DNA from: Candidatus Omnitrophota bacterium
GTDB taxonomy: Bacteria; Omnitrophota; Gorgyraeia; B26-G9
DNA length: 64,000 bases
Direction of reading: 5' to 3'
Assembly (NCBI GenBank): GCA_018817165.1
Contig: JAHITY010000088.1
Span: 2,866 to 66,865, forward strand
The notes beneath the pieces were generated by a model. That model made no database searches. It saw only the letters and a list, made by a program, of their open reading frames with translations, and was not told the DNA's origin. A program made the translations under genes and the position numbers. Position 1 is the first letter of the stretch, and each line of letters opens with the position of its first letter. Shown piece after piece: positions 9,838-18,874 of this stretch.

Positions 9838-9872
9838 TACAAAAGGCCTGATAAGTAATTCTTATCAGGCCT
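9838..9872 (-). terminator. Rho-independent terminator-like hairpin
   Basis: A perfect 12-bp stem (aggcctgataag/cttatcaggcct) with a taatt loop. On the minus strand it is followed by TTTTGT. Confidence 0.4.
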
Positions 9873-9908
9873 TCTATTATCTCTCAAACTGGTGTTCGAG
9901 AGATTTAT

Positions 9909-9935
9909 TTGGCTGCCCCGCAGAACATTGAACCG
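9909..9935 (-). repeat. Partial direct repeat of the tRNA-Gln 3' end (candidate att core)
   Basis: The 14 nt ttggctgccccgca are identical to the tRNA-Gln 3' end (10216..10229). A further partial match (ttgaacc) follows. Confidence 0.6.
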
Positions 9936-10180
9936 TCGTGTCGCTCCCCTTGAAAAGCAGGTCCACTCACTCCCTAAGGGAGCACTCTTTCAGTTCCCCC
10001 TTAGTATTCCTCCTCCCTACGCAAAGAAGTTCCAGTACGCCGATCCCGAATGAAGTTGCCTAAGAAAAATATCCATCGGGATCCCGAAGAATCACCACAG
10101 AAGTCGAGGCATTCGGGATAAGGGAAAAACAGTCTTTTTCCCTAAAACCCTTTTTTATGGTTCGAGTCCAGGGCATAAAT

Positions 10181-10205
10181 AAAAAACCCACACTAAAAGT
10201 GTGGG
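10181..10205 (-). terminator. tRNA-Gln terminator hairpin
   Basis: A stem cccacac/gtgtggg flanked by an A-run and a T-run, immediately 3' of the tRNA. Confidence 0.5.
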
Positions 10206-10216
10206 TCTTATTATTT

Positions 10217-10291
10217 TGGCTGCCCCGCATGGACTTGAACCATGAACAAATGATCCAGAATCATCCGTGTTGCCAATTACACCACGGGGCA
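10217..10291 (-). tRNA. tRNA-Gln (anticodon CUG)
   Basis: The hand-folded 75-nt sequence has a 7-bp acceptor stem, U8, a D-loop with GG, anticodon loop UUCUGGA, T-loop TTCAAGT and an encoded CCA. Confidence 0.85.
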
Positions 10292-10333
10292 GTAAATTTA
10301 TCTATCAAATAATAGCAGAGTTAATTGTATTTG

Positions 10334-11641
10334 TCAAATATCGAATTCTTTTGCTTTTAACTTGTTGATCACAGATGTAAGCCTGGCAACCGATTTTTCT
10401 TTGCCTAAGAATTCAATAATTTCAAATATTCCCGGACTAACCGTCCCTCCGGTTAAAGCCACCCGCACTGGATGAATCAGCTCTCCGGCATTAATTCCCA
10501 AAGCATCAACCAAAACTCGAACATTTGCTTCTATTTGTTGTTTATCAAACGGATTGCTTTTTTCTAAAGCCTGGACAAATTTCTCCAAATAATCACAGAC
10601 ATTATCAATCTTTAAAAATTTATCCACAGCATCTTGGTCATATTCTATTTCATCTTTAAAGAAAAAACCGGCTAATTTGGAAAAATGTTCTAAAGTCGGC
10701 AAGCGAGTTTTATACAAAGCAATCAAACCAGTCAGCCATTTCTGATCATAAGTATCCGAAATATAACCCTTTTCCTGTAAACTGGGAATAATCATCTGTG
10801 TCAGTTTATCAATATCCATTTCTTTAATATATTGACCATTAACCCAGCTTAAACGGGTCATATCAAATATTGCCGCGGTTTTATTTACCCGTTTTAAAGA
10901 AAATTCTTTGACAAGAGTTTTTAAAGTGAACATTTCTTTATCCGTTCCTGGATTCCAGCCCAGCAGTGCCAAGTAATTAACCACTGCTTCCGGCAAGTAA
11001 CCTTGATTGCGATATTCAGTAATTGCCGTTGCCCCATGACGCTTAGACATCCTCGAGCCGTCTTCGCCATGAATCATCGGAATATGCACAAATTTCGGCG
11101 GTTTAAGCCCTAGGGCTTCATAAAGCATGATCTGCTTCGGAGTATTGGCAATATGGTCATCTCCCCGGATAATATGGGTCATTTCCATCAAAGCATCATC
11201 AACCACACAACAAAAATTATACGCCGGACTGCCGTCGGATTTCAGCAATACTTGGTCTTTTAATTGCTCAGTTCCGATCGTAATTTCACCGCGTAAAACA
11301 TCAAAGAACTTTATCGCCGCGTTTTCCGGAATCCGATAAATAATCGCCTCACCGTCTTTATAGGCTTTTCCAGAATCAAGCAGCTTTTTCGCGTATTCAC
11401 GATAAATATCAAACCGCTCACTTTGATAATATAATTCATCCCAATCCATTCCCAGCCATTTTAAACTATCTAAAATTTCATCCAGATATTTTTTTTCTGA
11501 GCGGACCTGATCAGTATCTTCAATTCTCAGGATAAATTTTCCCTTAGTAGAACGGGCATACAACCAGTTAAACAAACAAGTCCGCGCACCGCCAATATGT
11601 AAAAATCCAGTCGGTGAAGGAGCAAAACGAACTATCGGCAT
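10334..11641 (-). CDS. gltX: Glutamate--tRNA ligase
   Basis: A HIGG motif (FLHIGGARTC), KMSKS (RMSKRHG) and the overall class I GluRS architecture. Confidence 0.9.
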   Translation of the reverse strand: MPIVRFAPSPTGFLHIGGARTCLFNWLYARSTKGKFILRIEDTDQVRSEKKYLDEILDSLKWLGMDWDELYYQSERFDIYREYAKKLLDSGKAYKDGEAIIYRIPENAAIKFFDVLRGEITIGTEQLKDQVLLKSDGSPAYNFCCVVDDALMEMTHIIRGDDHIANTPKQIMLYEALGLKPPKFVHIPMIHGEDGSRMSKRHGATAITEYRNQGYLPEAVVNYLALLGWNPGTDKEMFTLKTLVKEFSLKRVNKTAAIFDMTRLSWVNGQYIKEMDIDKLTQMIIPSLQEKGYISDTYDQKWLTGLIALYKTRLPTLEHFSKLAGFFFKDEIEYDQDAVDKFLKIDNVCDYLEKFVQALEKSNPFDKQQIEANVRVLVDALGINAGELIHPVRVALTGGTVSPGIFEIIEFLGKEKSVARLTSVINKLKAKEFDI

Positions 11642-11670
11642 AATAATATTTCCTTTGTTTTAGTCTAAAA

Positions 11671-11688
11671 GTCTAAGAGTTCTTAGAC
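11671..11688 (-). terminator. Hairpin downstream of dxs (stem gtctaag/cttagac)
   Basis: A perfect 7-bp stem with a 4-nt loop and a T-run on the minus strand. It belongs to the TCTTAGAC repeat family. Confidence 0.4.
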
Positions 11689-11745
11689 TAAGAGTTTTTA
11701 AATAAATATTTAACAAACCATTAGCTATTAGCCATTGACCATCAG

Positions 11746-13650
11746 CTATTTTATGATCAACGCTGTATAAAACTGTTTAACCGAATCAGCAATCCCCTGA
11801 GCACTCAAACCGCATTGGCTGAGCAGCTGTCCTCTTTTTCCATGCTTTAAAAATTTATCCGGTAATCCCAGCATTTTTATCGCGCAGTGATCCGTTAAAT
11901 TGTTTTGAATAAATTCCGAAACCGCACTGCCAAACCCGCCGCTGATAACTCCATCTTCTACAGTAATTATCGCTTTAAATTCACTGGCTTTTTGTCTGAT
12001 CAAATCCTCGTCCAAAGGTTTTACAAACCGCGCGTCCACAACCTCGGCATAAATATCCTGTGTCTCGAGAATCTTTGCCGCCTCAAAAGCTAAAGCTACC
12101 ATGCTGCCCAAAGCAAAAATTGAAACATCCTTGCCTTCGCGAATAATCCGCGATTTTCCCAAAGGAATAAAAGAACTGCTTTTCTTAAGGCCCATATCCG
12201 GTACACAATCCTTGGGATAACGAATCGCGCAAGGCGGCTTAAGCGACATCGCCAAAGTCAATAAACGTTCAAATTCATCTTTATCTGAAGGAGCCATAAC
12301 CACCATATTCGGGATCAACCGCAAATAAGCAATATCAAAAACCCCATTATGCGTCGGACCGTCATCCGGCACAATTCCCGCTCGATCAATCGCAAAGACA
12401 ACCGGCAATTTTTGCAGACAAACATCGTGAATTATCTGATCAAAACTTCGCTGTAAAAAAGTCGAATAAATTGCTACTACCGGTTTAAAACCACCCCGGG
12501 CAAGCCCGGCAGCAAATCCTACAGCATGCTCTTCGGCAATTCCGGTATCAAAAAATCGTTCCGGGTATTTCTCACCAAAAGCCTCAAATCCCGTACCCCC
12601 AGGCATAGCCGCTGTGATCGCCACTATTTTTTCGTTTTTCTCACCTAATTCCAACATTTTATCCTGAAAAACTTCTGTATATGACTGCCCTGTGGACTTT
12701 TTCATTATCCCGGAACAAATTTCAAATTTTCCCGCGCTATGAAATTTAGATGGAGCATTTTCCGCGTGCTCATAACCTTTGCCTTTTTTAGTCAATAAAT
12801 GAATAAGTACTGGTTCATCAAGATCCGAAACATTTTTAAACATTTCAATCATTGCCGGAATATCCTGGCCATTCATCGGACCAAAATATCTAAATCCTAG
12901 TTCTTCAAACCATAAACCCGGCACCAGCATTTTAATTAATCCCATTTCTAATTGTTTGGCAGCACGCAAAGTCCTAAAGCCAAACCAAGGAACTCTTTTT
13001 AATAACTTTTCCACATCCTGACGAATCCGATTATACAAAGGACTGCTGACGATCCGGTTCAAATAACTGCTCAAGGCTCCGATACTCGGAGAAATACTAT
13101 GTTCATTATCATTTAAAATAACCATTAGTTTTTTATTCAAATGGCCGGTATGGTTTAAAGCTTCAAAAGCCATACCATTAGCCAAAGAAGCATCGCCGAT
13201 AACTACAGCTATTTTTCTTTCTTCTAATTTTTTAATTTCCCGATTCTTGATATCCCGGGCGCAAGCCAGCCCTAATGCCCAGGAAATAGACGTTGAGCTA
13301 TGGCCTACCGTAAAATAATCATACGTCGGATTTTCATCAATATCCGGAAAACCGCTCAAGCCGCCTGGCTGGCGTAAAGTTGTAAAATCATTTTTCCGTC
13401 CGGTAATAATCTTGTGCGTATAGGCTTGATGCCCCACATCAAAAAGAATAACATCCTGCGGCATATCCAAGCAATAATGTAATGCCAGAGTCAACTCAAT
13501 TGTTCCCAGATTGCTGGCTAAATGACCTCCGGTTTTGGCAACAGTATCAATTATTAAATGCCTGATTTCAACAGCCAGAGCCTGCAGCTCTTTGATAGAA
13601 AGCTTTTTAAGATCATGCGGGCGATGCACCTTGTCTAATATTTTTGTCAT
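11746..13650 (-). CDS. dxs: 1-deoxy-D-xylulose-5-phosphate synthase
   Basis: Carries GGHLASNLG, GDG and a transketolase-like domain order. Confidence 0.9.
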   Translation of the reverse strand: MTKILDKVHRPHDLKKLSIKELQALAVEIRHLIIDTVAKTGGHLASNLGTIELTLALHYCLDMPQDVILFDVGHQAYTHKIITGRKNDFTTLRQPGGLSGFPDIDENPTYDYFTVGHSSTSISWALGLACARDIKNREIKKLEERKIAVVIGDASLANGMAFEALNHTGHLNKKLMVILNDNEHSISPSIGALSSYLNRIVSSPLYNRIRQDVEKLLKRVPWFGFRTLRAAKQLEMGLIKMLVPGLWFEELGFRYFGPMNGQDIPAMIEMFKNVSDLDEPVLIHLLTKKGKGYEHAENAPSKFHSAGKFEICSGIMKKSTGQSYTEVFQDKMLELGEKNEKIVAITAAMPGGTGFEAFGEKYPERFFDTGIAEEHAVGFAAGLARGGFKPVVAIYSTFLQRSFDQIIHDVCLQKLPVVFAIDRAGIVPDDGPTHNGVFDIAYLRLIPNMVVMAPSDKDEFERLLTLAMSLKPPCAIRYPKDCVPDMGLKKSSSFIPLGKSRIIREGKDVSIFALGSMVALAFEAAKILETQDIYAEVVDARFVKPLDEDLIRQKASEFKAIITVEDGVISGGFGSAVSEFIQNNLTDHCAIKMLGLPDKFLKHGKRGQLLSQCGLSAQGIADSVKQFYTALIIK

Positions 13651-13667
13651 AAATCTATCCCTTGGTT

Positions 13668-13916
13668 TTATTCAGCTTCTAATTTCTGCTCATCAAAACT
13701 TTCTAACTCAAGTTTTTTCCCGTCTTTTTTAACTAAAACATCAACTTTTTTCTTTGCTTCTTGGAGTTTCTTATTACAAACAGCAATTAATTTCATGCCC
13801 TCTTCATAGTTTTTAAGCGAAACATCCAAAGATATATCCTCAGATTCTAAATCCTCAGCAATTTTCTCTAGATTTTTTAAAGCTTGTTCAAACGACAGTT
13901 CTTTCATTTTCGACAT
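13668..13916 (-). CDS. xseB: Exodeoxyribonuclease VII small subunit
   Basis: An 82-aa helical protein with LSFEQALKNLEKIAEDLE. It lies in the xseA-xseB-dxs gene order. Confidence 0.8.
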   Translation of the reverse strand: MSKMKELSFEQALKNLEKIAEDLESEDISLDVSLKNYEEGMKLIAVCNKKLQEAKKKVDVLVKKDGKKLELESFDEQKLEAE

Positions 13917-15181
13917 TCCTCCACTTGACTTATAATAACACCTTTATCTAATTTTGTCTCTAATATATCTCCTTTTTTCAAACCCTGAATATCTTTGAGC
14001 AGTTTTTTTTCAGAGGATAAATAAGTAACACTATAGCCGCGGGATAATATCGCTAAAGGATTCAGATTCAGCAGTCTGGCGCTGATCTGGGCTAAGTGCG
14101 ATTGTTTGGTCTTTAATAACCGAGATATTCCTGCTTCGAGATTGATTAAAGGCTTAAACCGGGCATTTTTAGTGTCTAGAACATTTAAAATTCCGGTTTT
14201 TAATCTTTTGTCTAAATTATCCAGACTCTGCTGGTATTGCTCCACAATCACCTGGGGCCGACGCAAAGCATAACTTTTGATTAAATGCGAAAAGCGCATT
14301 TGAGCTAACTTAAGTCTCTGGACAACTGATTCTGTTAACCTTTTGGCCATTGACTCAACCGCTAAAACTAATTGCTCTTTTTCCTGCACCACTAATTCCG
14401 CGGCAGCCGAAGGCGTGGGGGCACGCAAATCAGCGACAAAATCACAAATTGTAAAATCAATTTCATGGCCCACCGCTGATATGATCGGAATTCGGGAATT
14501 ATAAACGGCTCTGGCTACAGGCTCCTCATTAAACGCCCATAAATCTTCCAAGCTGCCGCCGCCCCGGCCAACAATAATCACATCAATATCTTTAAATGAA
14601 TTTAATTCTTCAATTGCACAAGCAATATCCAATGCCGCGGTTTTACCCTGAACCAGACAAGGACGAATAATAATATGCACATTCGCATAACGCCGATTAA
14701 TTACCTGCAGAATATCTCTGATTGCCGCGCCCGTAGAAGATGTAACAATTCCGATTTTCTGGGGTAAAAACGGCATTACCCGCTTATGAGCAGGATCAAA
14801 TAACCCCTCGGCTGCTAGTTTTTTCTTTAGCTGTTCATAGGCAAGCTGTAATGAGCCTTTGCCCAATGGTTCCACACTATTGACATACAGCTGATATTGA
14901 CCGCTTTGATCATATAAACTGATCCGGCCGGCACACACACATTCCATACCATCTTCGGGTTTGAAATTAAGCCGCATGCTCGCATTTTTAAAAAAAACAC
15001 ATTTAAGCTGAGCTTTTTCATCTTTTAGGGTAAAGTACATATGCCCTGATTGAGGAGTCCTCAAAGTAGAGACTTCTCCTTTGATCCAAACTTGGGGAAA
15101 GCTGTCTTCTAAAATCTCACGGATATTCCGCGTAAGTTCCGCGACAGTATAAATTGTTTTTTCTTTAAATAAATCAGCCAT
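13904..15181 (-). CDS. xseA: Exodeoxyribonuclease VII large subunit
   Basis: An OB-fold N-terminus and catalytic core (GRGGGS) with a coiled-coil C-terminus. Confidence 0.9.
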   Translation of the reverse strand: MADLFKEKTIYTVAELTRNIREILEDSFPQVWIKGEVSTLRTPQSGHMYFTLKDEKAQLKCVFFKNASMRLNFKPEDGMECVCAGRISLYDQSGQYQLYVNSVEPLGKGSLQLAYEQLKKKLAAEGLFDPAHKRVMPFLPQKIGIVTSSTGAAIRDILQVINRRYANVHIIIRPCLVQGKTAALDIACAIEELNSFKDIDVIIVGRGGGSLEDLWAFNEEPVARAVYNSRIPIISAVGHEIDFTICDFVADLRAPTPSAAAELVVQEKEQLVLAVESMAKRLTESVVQRLKLAQMRFSHLIKSYALRRPQVIVEQYQQSLDNLDKRLKTGILNVLDTKNARFKPLINLEAGISRLLKTKQSHLAQISARLLNLNPLAILSRGYSVTYLSSEKKLLKDIQGLKKGDILETKLDKGVIISQVEECRK

Positions 15182-15272
15182 AATCTTTCAAGTCACCAGT
15201 CAATAGCTAATGGTCTATGGTCTATTGTCAATAATATTTAAGTTTTTAATTTTTTTCTGATTTTACTATTAG

Positions 15273-16374
15273 CTATGAGCTGGTAACACTCCACTTTAAA
15301 AAACCTTCGAGAAAATCATCGATCTTTCCATCCATGACAACCGGAACATTGCCGGTTTCCACTCCCGTGCGATGATCTTTGATCATTGAATAAGGATGCA
15401 TAACATACGAACGGATCTGAGAGCCCCATTCTATTTTTTTCTTCAGAGCATTATGTTTGTCCGCTTCGGCTTGTCTTTCTTTTAATTCCAGCTCATAAAG
15501 CTTTGATGTTAACATTTTCATCGCCATCGCTTTATTCTTTATCTGTGAGCGCTCATTCTGACACTGCACAACTATATTTGTCGGTAAATGAGTAATCCGG
15601 ACAGCGGAATCAGTAGTATTAACATGCTGTCCGCCGGCACCGCCGGCTCGGCAGACATCTATGCGTAAATCATCTTCATTGATTTCAATATTTATATCCT
15701 GATCTACCTCAGGAATGACTTCCACGGAAACAAAAGAAGTATGCCGGCGTTTATTCGAATCAAAAGGCGATATTCTCACCAAACGGTGCACACCGTTTTC
15801 GCCTTTTAATTTTCCATAAACAAATATTCCTTTGATCAATATAGTCACACTTTTCACCCCGGCTTCTTCGCCTTGTAAAAAGTCAATCGTATCCACACTA
15901 AACCGATTATTTTCCGCCCAGCGGGTATACATCCGCAAAAGCATACTCGCCCAATCACAAGACTCTGTGCCTCCGGCTCCGGCATGAATACTTAAAAAAG
16001 CATTTGCTTGATCATCGGGTCCTGAGAGCAGTAAGTTTATTTCCAGATTATCAACTAATTTTTCCAGTTCAGAAAGTTCTTTTTTGATTTGCTTTAGCGT
16101 ATCAGTATCATCAGCTTCTACAAGTTCTAATAATTCTCCGATGTTTTTTACATCTGCTTCAGCTTTTTGGATAGGTTCGGCTTGACGTTTGAGCAGTTTT
16201 AAATCTTTTATAATTATATTCGCTTTTTCCTGATCACTCCAAAAATCAGAAACAGCCATTTTTTCTTCTAGTACTTTAATTTTAGATGACTTTGTAGCCA
16301 GGTCAAAGATACCCCCTGAGCTGTTCAAATTGATCAGAAATAAGTTTAAATTTTTCTTTTAATTCTTCATGCAT
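15273..16374 (-). CDS. prfB: Peptide chain release factor 2 with a programmed +1 ribosomal frameshift
   Basis: Carries GGQHVNTTDSAVR. In frame 0, the ATG at 16374 gives 25 codons ending ...CAG CTC AGG GGG TAT CTT TGA C (LRGYL-stop, at about 16297..16299). The +1 frame continues DLATKSS... to 15273. The track ORF 15273..16328 starts from an internal TTG in the +1 frame. Confidence 0.85.
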
Positions 16375-16487
16375 ATTAATAAATCCTTTTTGAGTTATGG
16401 CCAGCTAAACAATTTTACTCTTCAAACTTTATTGATGACCTGCCAACCGAAGCTTACTTCTTTGAAGCTCCATTCGCTAGCGTAGGT

Positions 16488-16573
16488 TGGTGCCGAAGGT
16501 GGGATTTGAACCCACACGCCCTTGCGGACACATGGCCCTGAACCATGCGCGTCTGCCATTCCACCACTTCGGC
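16488..16573 (-). tRNA. tRNA-Leu (anticodon CAG)
   Basis: GCCGAAG...CTTCGGCACCA with a 7-bp acceptor stem, a long variable arm, anticodon loop TTCAGGG and a TTCAAAT T-loop. Confidence 0.85.
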
Positions 16574-16632
16574 TGATAGGTTTTATATTGTACTATTCAA
16601 TCAAAAAATTTGCAAATTAAAATTTAGCAGGA

Positions 16633-16959
16633 TTAATTAGGAACAAAAGATATCTCAGTACTGAGAAAAATCTCTTTTTGTACTACCCCTTTTATAACAA
16701 CAAGATCCTGAGCAGTGATTTCACTTATCTTGCAAACAATGTTCTTTTCTTTAAGCCGATTGGATATTATTGTATGGGGTGCGACTTTGACCAGAACTTG
16801 TTTATTAATATAAGGTAAATGCACTTCAATACTGTCTTCACTAACAGTCATAACGATTCCGCTTAATTCAAACGGAGGATTATAATCCGCAGCCAAAACA
16901 TTACTTGCGTAAAACCAACTAAGCACCACAAACAAACCGATAATTATTTTTTTAAACAT
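16633..16959 (-). CDS. Small secreted hypothetical protein (signal peptide)
   Basis: A hydrophobic N-terminal leader MFKKIIIGLFVVLSWFYASNVLA. Confidence 0.45.
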   Translation of the reverse strand: MFKKIIIGLFVVLSWFYASNVLAADYNPPFELSGIVMTVSEDSIEVHLPYINKQVLVKVAPHTIISNRLKEKNIVCKISEITAQDLVVIKGVVQKEIFLSTEISFVPN

Positions 16960-16960
16960 A

Positions 16961-17242
16961 TTAACCGAATTTATAGACCTTTCTGATGGGCTCTATCACT
17001 GTCCAGGTACAGGATAAGCCCTTAGGAAACACCACCAAATCTCCGGCGCCAAAACTAACTTCCTGTTCAGCAGTTTTAACCTTTACTTTTCCTTCAAACA
17101 CATAAGCTGTCTCGCGATCAGAATAAGTCCAATCAAATGTGCTTTTTTCACATTCCCAAGCACTCCAGTTTTTAATCCCTAATGCATCAAGTTCTTTCTG
17201 ACTAGGCTTTTTTACTTCAATCTTCATATCTCCTCCTCTCAA
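16961..17242 (-). CDS. Small cupin-fold protein (DUF861/cupin_3-like)
   Basis: A 93-aa protein resembling EutQ-like cupins. Confidence 0.5.
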   Translation of the reverse strand: MRGGDMKIEVKKPSQKELDALGIKNWSAWECEKSTFDWTYSDRETAYVFEGKVKVKTAEQEVSFGAGDLVVFPKGLSCTWTVIEPIRKVYKFG

Positions 17243-17370
17243 TATCTGTGTTTATTATACAGCTTAATCAGACAAAAAATCCAGCTGATTATTCTTTATA
17301 CCCAAAAAAAGCTAGCAACTCTTAGACTTTTAGACTCTTAGACTCTTAGTCTTTTAGTCTCTTAGTCTAT

Positions 17371-18555
17371 CTAGACAATTGAACAAATACTTGCCGGATA
17401 AACTGTCCAATCGCCGAATCTTTTATTGATCGCATCCTGCGCATTGCAAATCTGATAACGTTTTTGGGCATCAGCCAATAAAAAATTGTTTGTTGCCGGC
17501 ATAAAGTTCTTCACACTTATTCCCAAAGCTCTGACCTCAACATTTTTCGTATTTAATTTATCCAGTAAAAATAATGCCCGTTTAAAAATCTGTTTTGAAT
17601 CATTATTATATTCTTTGAAATTCTTTTCTCCGGAAATAGATTTCATGTCAGGTTTGCGCAAATAAATATGCACGGTGTTTGCTTCTAAATTGTGTCTGCG
17701 CAGCCTGAAACCAACCATCTCTGCTAATAATTGCATCCAGGCTTCTATTTCCCCTCGAGTATAAATATTCTGATTTAAAGTATATGAATGACCGATTGAT
17801 TTCGGATCTTTGGGTTTTTGATCTACCCAGTCAATTTCTTCATCAGCAACAACAATCTCAGGATGCGCCAGCGCATACATCCACAATCCGATTTTACCAA
17901 ATCTTTGCTGATAAAAATCCGCGGAAAATTTCCGCATATCTGAAAAAGAAAATATGGATAAATCCTGCAATTTAGCGCTTAAGCTTGCGCCAATCCCGGG
18001 AATTTTTTGAATCGGCAAATCCTTTAAAACAGAAATAATATCGGCTCTGGGCATGATCATCATCCCATCCGGCTTTTTAAGCTTTGAAGCGATCTTCGAC
18101 ATCAAGCGGTTTACCGATATGCCTACCGACCCGGTAATCGAAAATTTCTTCTTGATTTCCTGTTTGATCCGCATCCCCAAGTCAAAATAGGAGCCAAACA
18201 TTTTATCCAAACCAGTAATATCCAGATAAAATTCATCTATTGAGGCCTGTTCGATTTGCGGTGAATAATTTTTAAGCATCTCGGCGATTTGATCAGACAC
18301 ATACAGATATTTAGCGGAATCAGCACTGACAAATTCAGCATTTGGACATATCCGCAATGCCTGCTGAGTGCTCATCCCGGAATCGATACCCAAAGCTTTT
18401 GCTTCATAAGAAGCCGCGCAAACAACTGTGCGCTGTTTATCTGCCCGGCCGCCGACAATTAACGGTTTACCTTTAAGCCGCGGATTATACGCCTGCTCTA
18501 CTGAAGCGAAAAACGCGTCCATGTCTATGTGTAAAATTTTAGGTTCATTTTTCAT
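17371..18555 (-). CDS. dinB: DNA polymerase IV (Y-family)
   Basis: The N-terminus HIDMDAFFASVE and a palm/fingers/little-finger domain order. Confidence 0.9.
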   Translation of the reverse strand: MKNEPKILHIDMDAFFASVEQAYNPRLKGKPLIVGGRADKQRTVVCAASYEAKALGIDSGMSTQQALRICPNAEFVSADSAKYLYVSDQIAEMLKNYSPQIEQASIDEFYLDITGLDKMFGSYFDLGMRIKQEIKKKFSITGSVGISVNRLMSKIASKLKKPDGMMIMPRADIISVLKDLPIQKIPGIGASLSAKLQDLSIFSFSDMRKFSADFYQQRFGKIGLWMYALAHPEIVVADEEIDWVDQKPKDPKSIGHSYTLNQNIYTRGEIEAWMQLLAEMVGFRLRRHNLEANTVHIYLRKPDMKSISGEKNFKEYNNDSKQIFKRALFLLDKLNTKNVEVRALGISVKNFMPATNNFLLADAQKRYQICNAQDAINKRFGDWTVYPASICSIV

Positions 18556-18874
18556 GTTAAAAACACACGCCCTGTAACATACCGATAAAGAAGTTGGTTT
18601 ACAGGCAAAAACACATCTTTTCGCTAAGCCTGAGCCTGCATCGTGCAGACCCAGCCGCGCGTTCTCACTATTTTGACATCCCTGTCAAAATGACGTTCGA
18701 AAGCGCCGCTCAAAGAGAATTTTTGCCCAGCGAATTAGCCATTTCAACCAATCATATTTTTCTTTTCACTTTTAACTTTATAAACTTTACAAACTGTTTT
18801 AGTTTTTTACTATCGACCATTAGCTATCAGCCATCGACTCTTAGACTTTTAGACTCTTAGACTTTTTAGTCTAA

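Noticed and set aside
9880-10300. Possible tmRNA (ssrA) or two-piece tmRNA in the tRNA-like region
   Set aside because: No tag-peptide reading frame ends in a typical ...AA stop, and there is no resume-codon context. The tRNA-like 3' copy has a non-pairing T-stem. The data fit an att-site duplication better.
18594-18860. Plus-strand 88-aa ORF between dinB and the small SOS ORF
   Set aside because: It overlaps the intergenic repeat elements and the candidate operator, has low-complexity composition and sits in a block where every real gene is on the minus strand.
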